The position numbers were made by a program, and so were the translations under genes. This document shows, in pieces, positions 31,433 to 32,507 of a stretch of 32,507 nt of DNA. Position 1 is the first letter of the stretch, and each line of letters starts with the position of its first letter. This DNA comes from Prasinococcaceae sp. CCMP 1430. Lineage: Eukaryota; Plantae; Prasinodermophyta. The notes beneath the pieces were generated by a model. The model saw only the letters and a program-made list of their open reading frames with translations. It searched no databases and was not told where the DNA came from. The stretch spans positions 1-32,507 of the forward strand of contig RQSC01001200.1 in the NCBI GenBank assembly GCA_013416795.1, written 5' to 3'.

Positions 31433-32185
31433 GCGGCGGCGGCGCTCCTCGCGGCGGGGCAGGGGCTGCCGGGTGTCGCCGCAGCGGCGCCTCCGGAAGA
31501 TGAGTGGGCGCTCTTCCGCGGAGGGCAGGGCGCGGAGGCGCCTGCAGGCTGCCTGTCACCGCGCGACCCGGGCCGCGCCGCGCCTCGTGGCGCCTCGGCG
31601 ACCAACCCGGGCGCCTTCGAAGAGGTGGCAGACTGCGTCCTTGGGGGTACCGCAAGCGTCCCGCCCGGCACCGCGTGGTCCTTCTGGGCACCGGTCTCGC
31701 TGCGTCCATTGACGGGCTTCCTGGACGGGCGACTGGCGCTCGGGGCGGCGTACGAGGCGCCGCGCGTGCCCGACGCAAGCGGCACGCTCGACGCGCGCCT
31801 CGAGGCAGGTGACCTCGGCATAGTCCTGGTGCAGGCGCTGCCTAGCAGGCCTGACGACCCGTGGGTCGGAAAGGGTGACCTCACCGAAGCCGGCGACCTC
31901 GACGAGGTGTTGGCCGCGCTCAACCCGCAGCTCGCGCCCAACGTCGTGCGCGCCGAGGCGGACGTATACGATGGCGTCTCGTACTACACGTACGAGCTGC
32001 GCAACGCGCGCACCTCGTACCGCAACCGCCGCACCATTAAGCTGGTGCTGGCGGGCGCTGCGCTGCTCGCCATCGACGCGCGGTGCGACGAGGCGCAGTG
32101 GGCGCGCGCCGGGCCCGTGCACAACGCCCTGGTGGCCTCCTTCCGCATCGGTGAGCAGGCGGCGCGCTCGCCCTTCCCGGCGTAG
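31430..32185 (+). CDS. PsbP-domain thylakoid lumen protein (PPD-like, divergent); start missing
   Basis: The frame is open from the poly(T) edge: TAAAALLAAGQGLPGVAAAAPPEDEW (lumen-signal-like, AxA site), then DGVSYYTYEL and LLAIDARCDEAQWARAGPVHNALVASFRI (PsbP C-terminal pattern). Confidence 0.65.
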
Positions 32186-32507
32186 CGGTTCGCGCAAAAC
32201 CTGAATCAGAGTTGGCCGGTTCGTCCGCTGGTTCGCTGATGAGCGCGCGCCATCCGCAGGTGCGCGTGCACGCGAGCCGGGCCGACGGCCAAGGCAGTAA
32301 CCCTACCATAAATAACCCCCTAACCCCGATCCAAACCGCGCCGGCTCAGCAACTGCGCGCGCGCCTGCGGCGAGGCCGTTCGAGGCCGTTCGAGGCGCGG
32401 AGCCCGCTGCGGGCGCTGCGCACAGTGGCACGCACGCGCGGCGCGAGCCCCACACGGCGCGGGACGCTCGCGCGCTTGGTGCCCGGCGCGATGCTAGGCA
32501 CAAGCGC

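Noticed and set aside
31473-31712. ATG 31500 (MSGRSSAEGRARRR...) as the PsbP start
   Set aside because: It is in a different frame from the PsbP domain and no convincing intron joins them; the PsbP frame is already open further upstream.
32186-32507. Short ORFs at the window end
   Set aside because: No motifs; the region looks like 3' UTR followed by promoter-like DNA for a gene outside the window.

Overview
Gene-dense, very GC-rich eukaryotic nuclear DNA. It is most likely from a green alga (inference from GTGCG/GTGAG donors, CTGAC branch points, TGTAA poly(A) signals and many plastid-targeted genes). About 19 genes or gene fragments can be supported, in order: sterol C24-methyltransferase (+), nucleus-encoded CcsA (-), hypothetical (+), RWD-domain protein (-), hypothetical (+), type II NAD(P)H dehydrogenase (-), small hypothetical (+), DXS (-), ankyrin fragment (+), ABC1 kinase (-), PPR protein with a degenerate SMR-like tail (+), NDUFA8-like exon (-), DnaJ-ferredoxin (+), rhodanese (-), FKBP17-like (+), PRP2/DHX16 DEAH helicase (-), long coiled-coil protein (+), universal stress protein (-), PsbP-like (+). 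The assembly is broken by single Ns (3568, 13298, 20324, 21111) and N-runs (16924-16972, 18086-18318, 22905-23063), so several gene ends are missing. No rRNA, tRNA, CRISPR array or transposase was found. Most notable: (1) genes alternate strand at every step; (2) ccsA, normally a plastid gene, is nuclear; (3) a GTAC-rich element with an identical 18-bp palindrome occurs twice, once on the upstream side of ccsA; (4) several conserved genes lack a usable ATG. All homology calls come from motif recognition by eye; no database searches were run.
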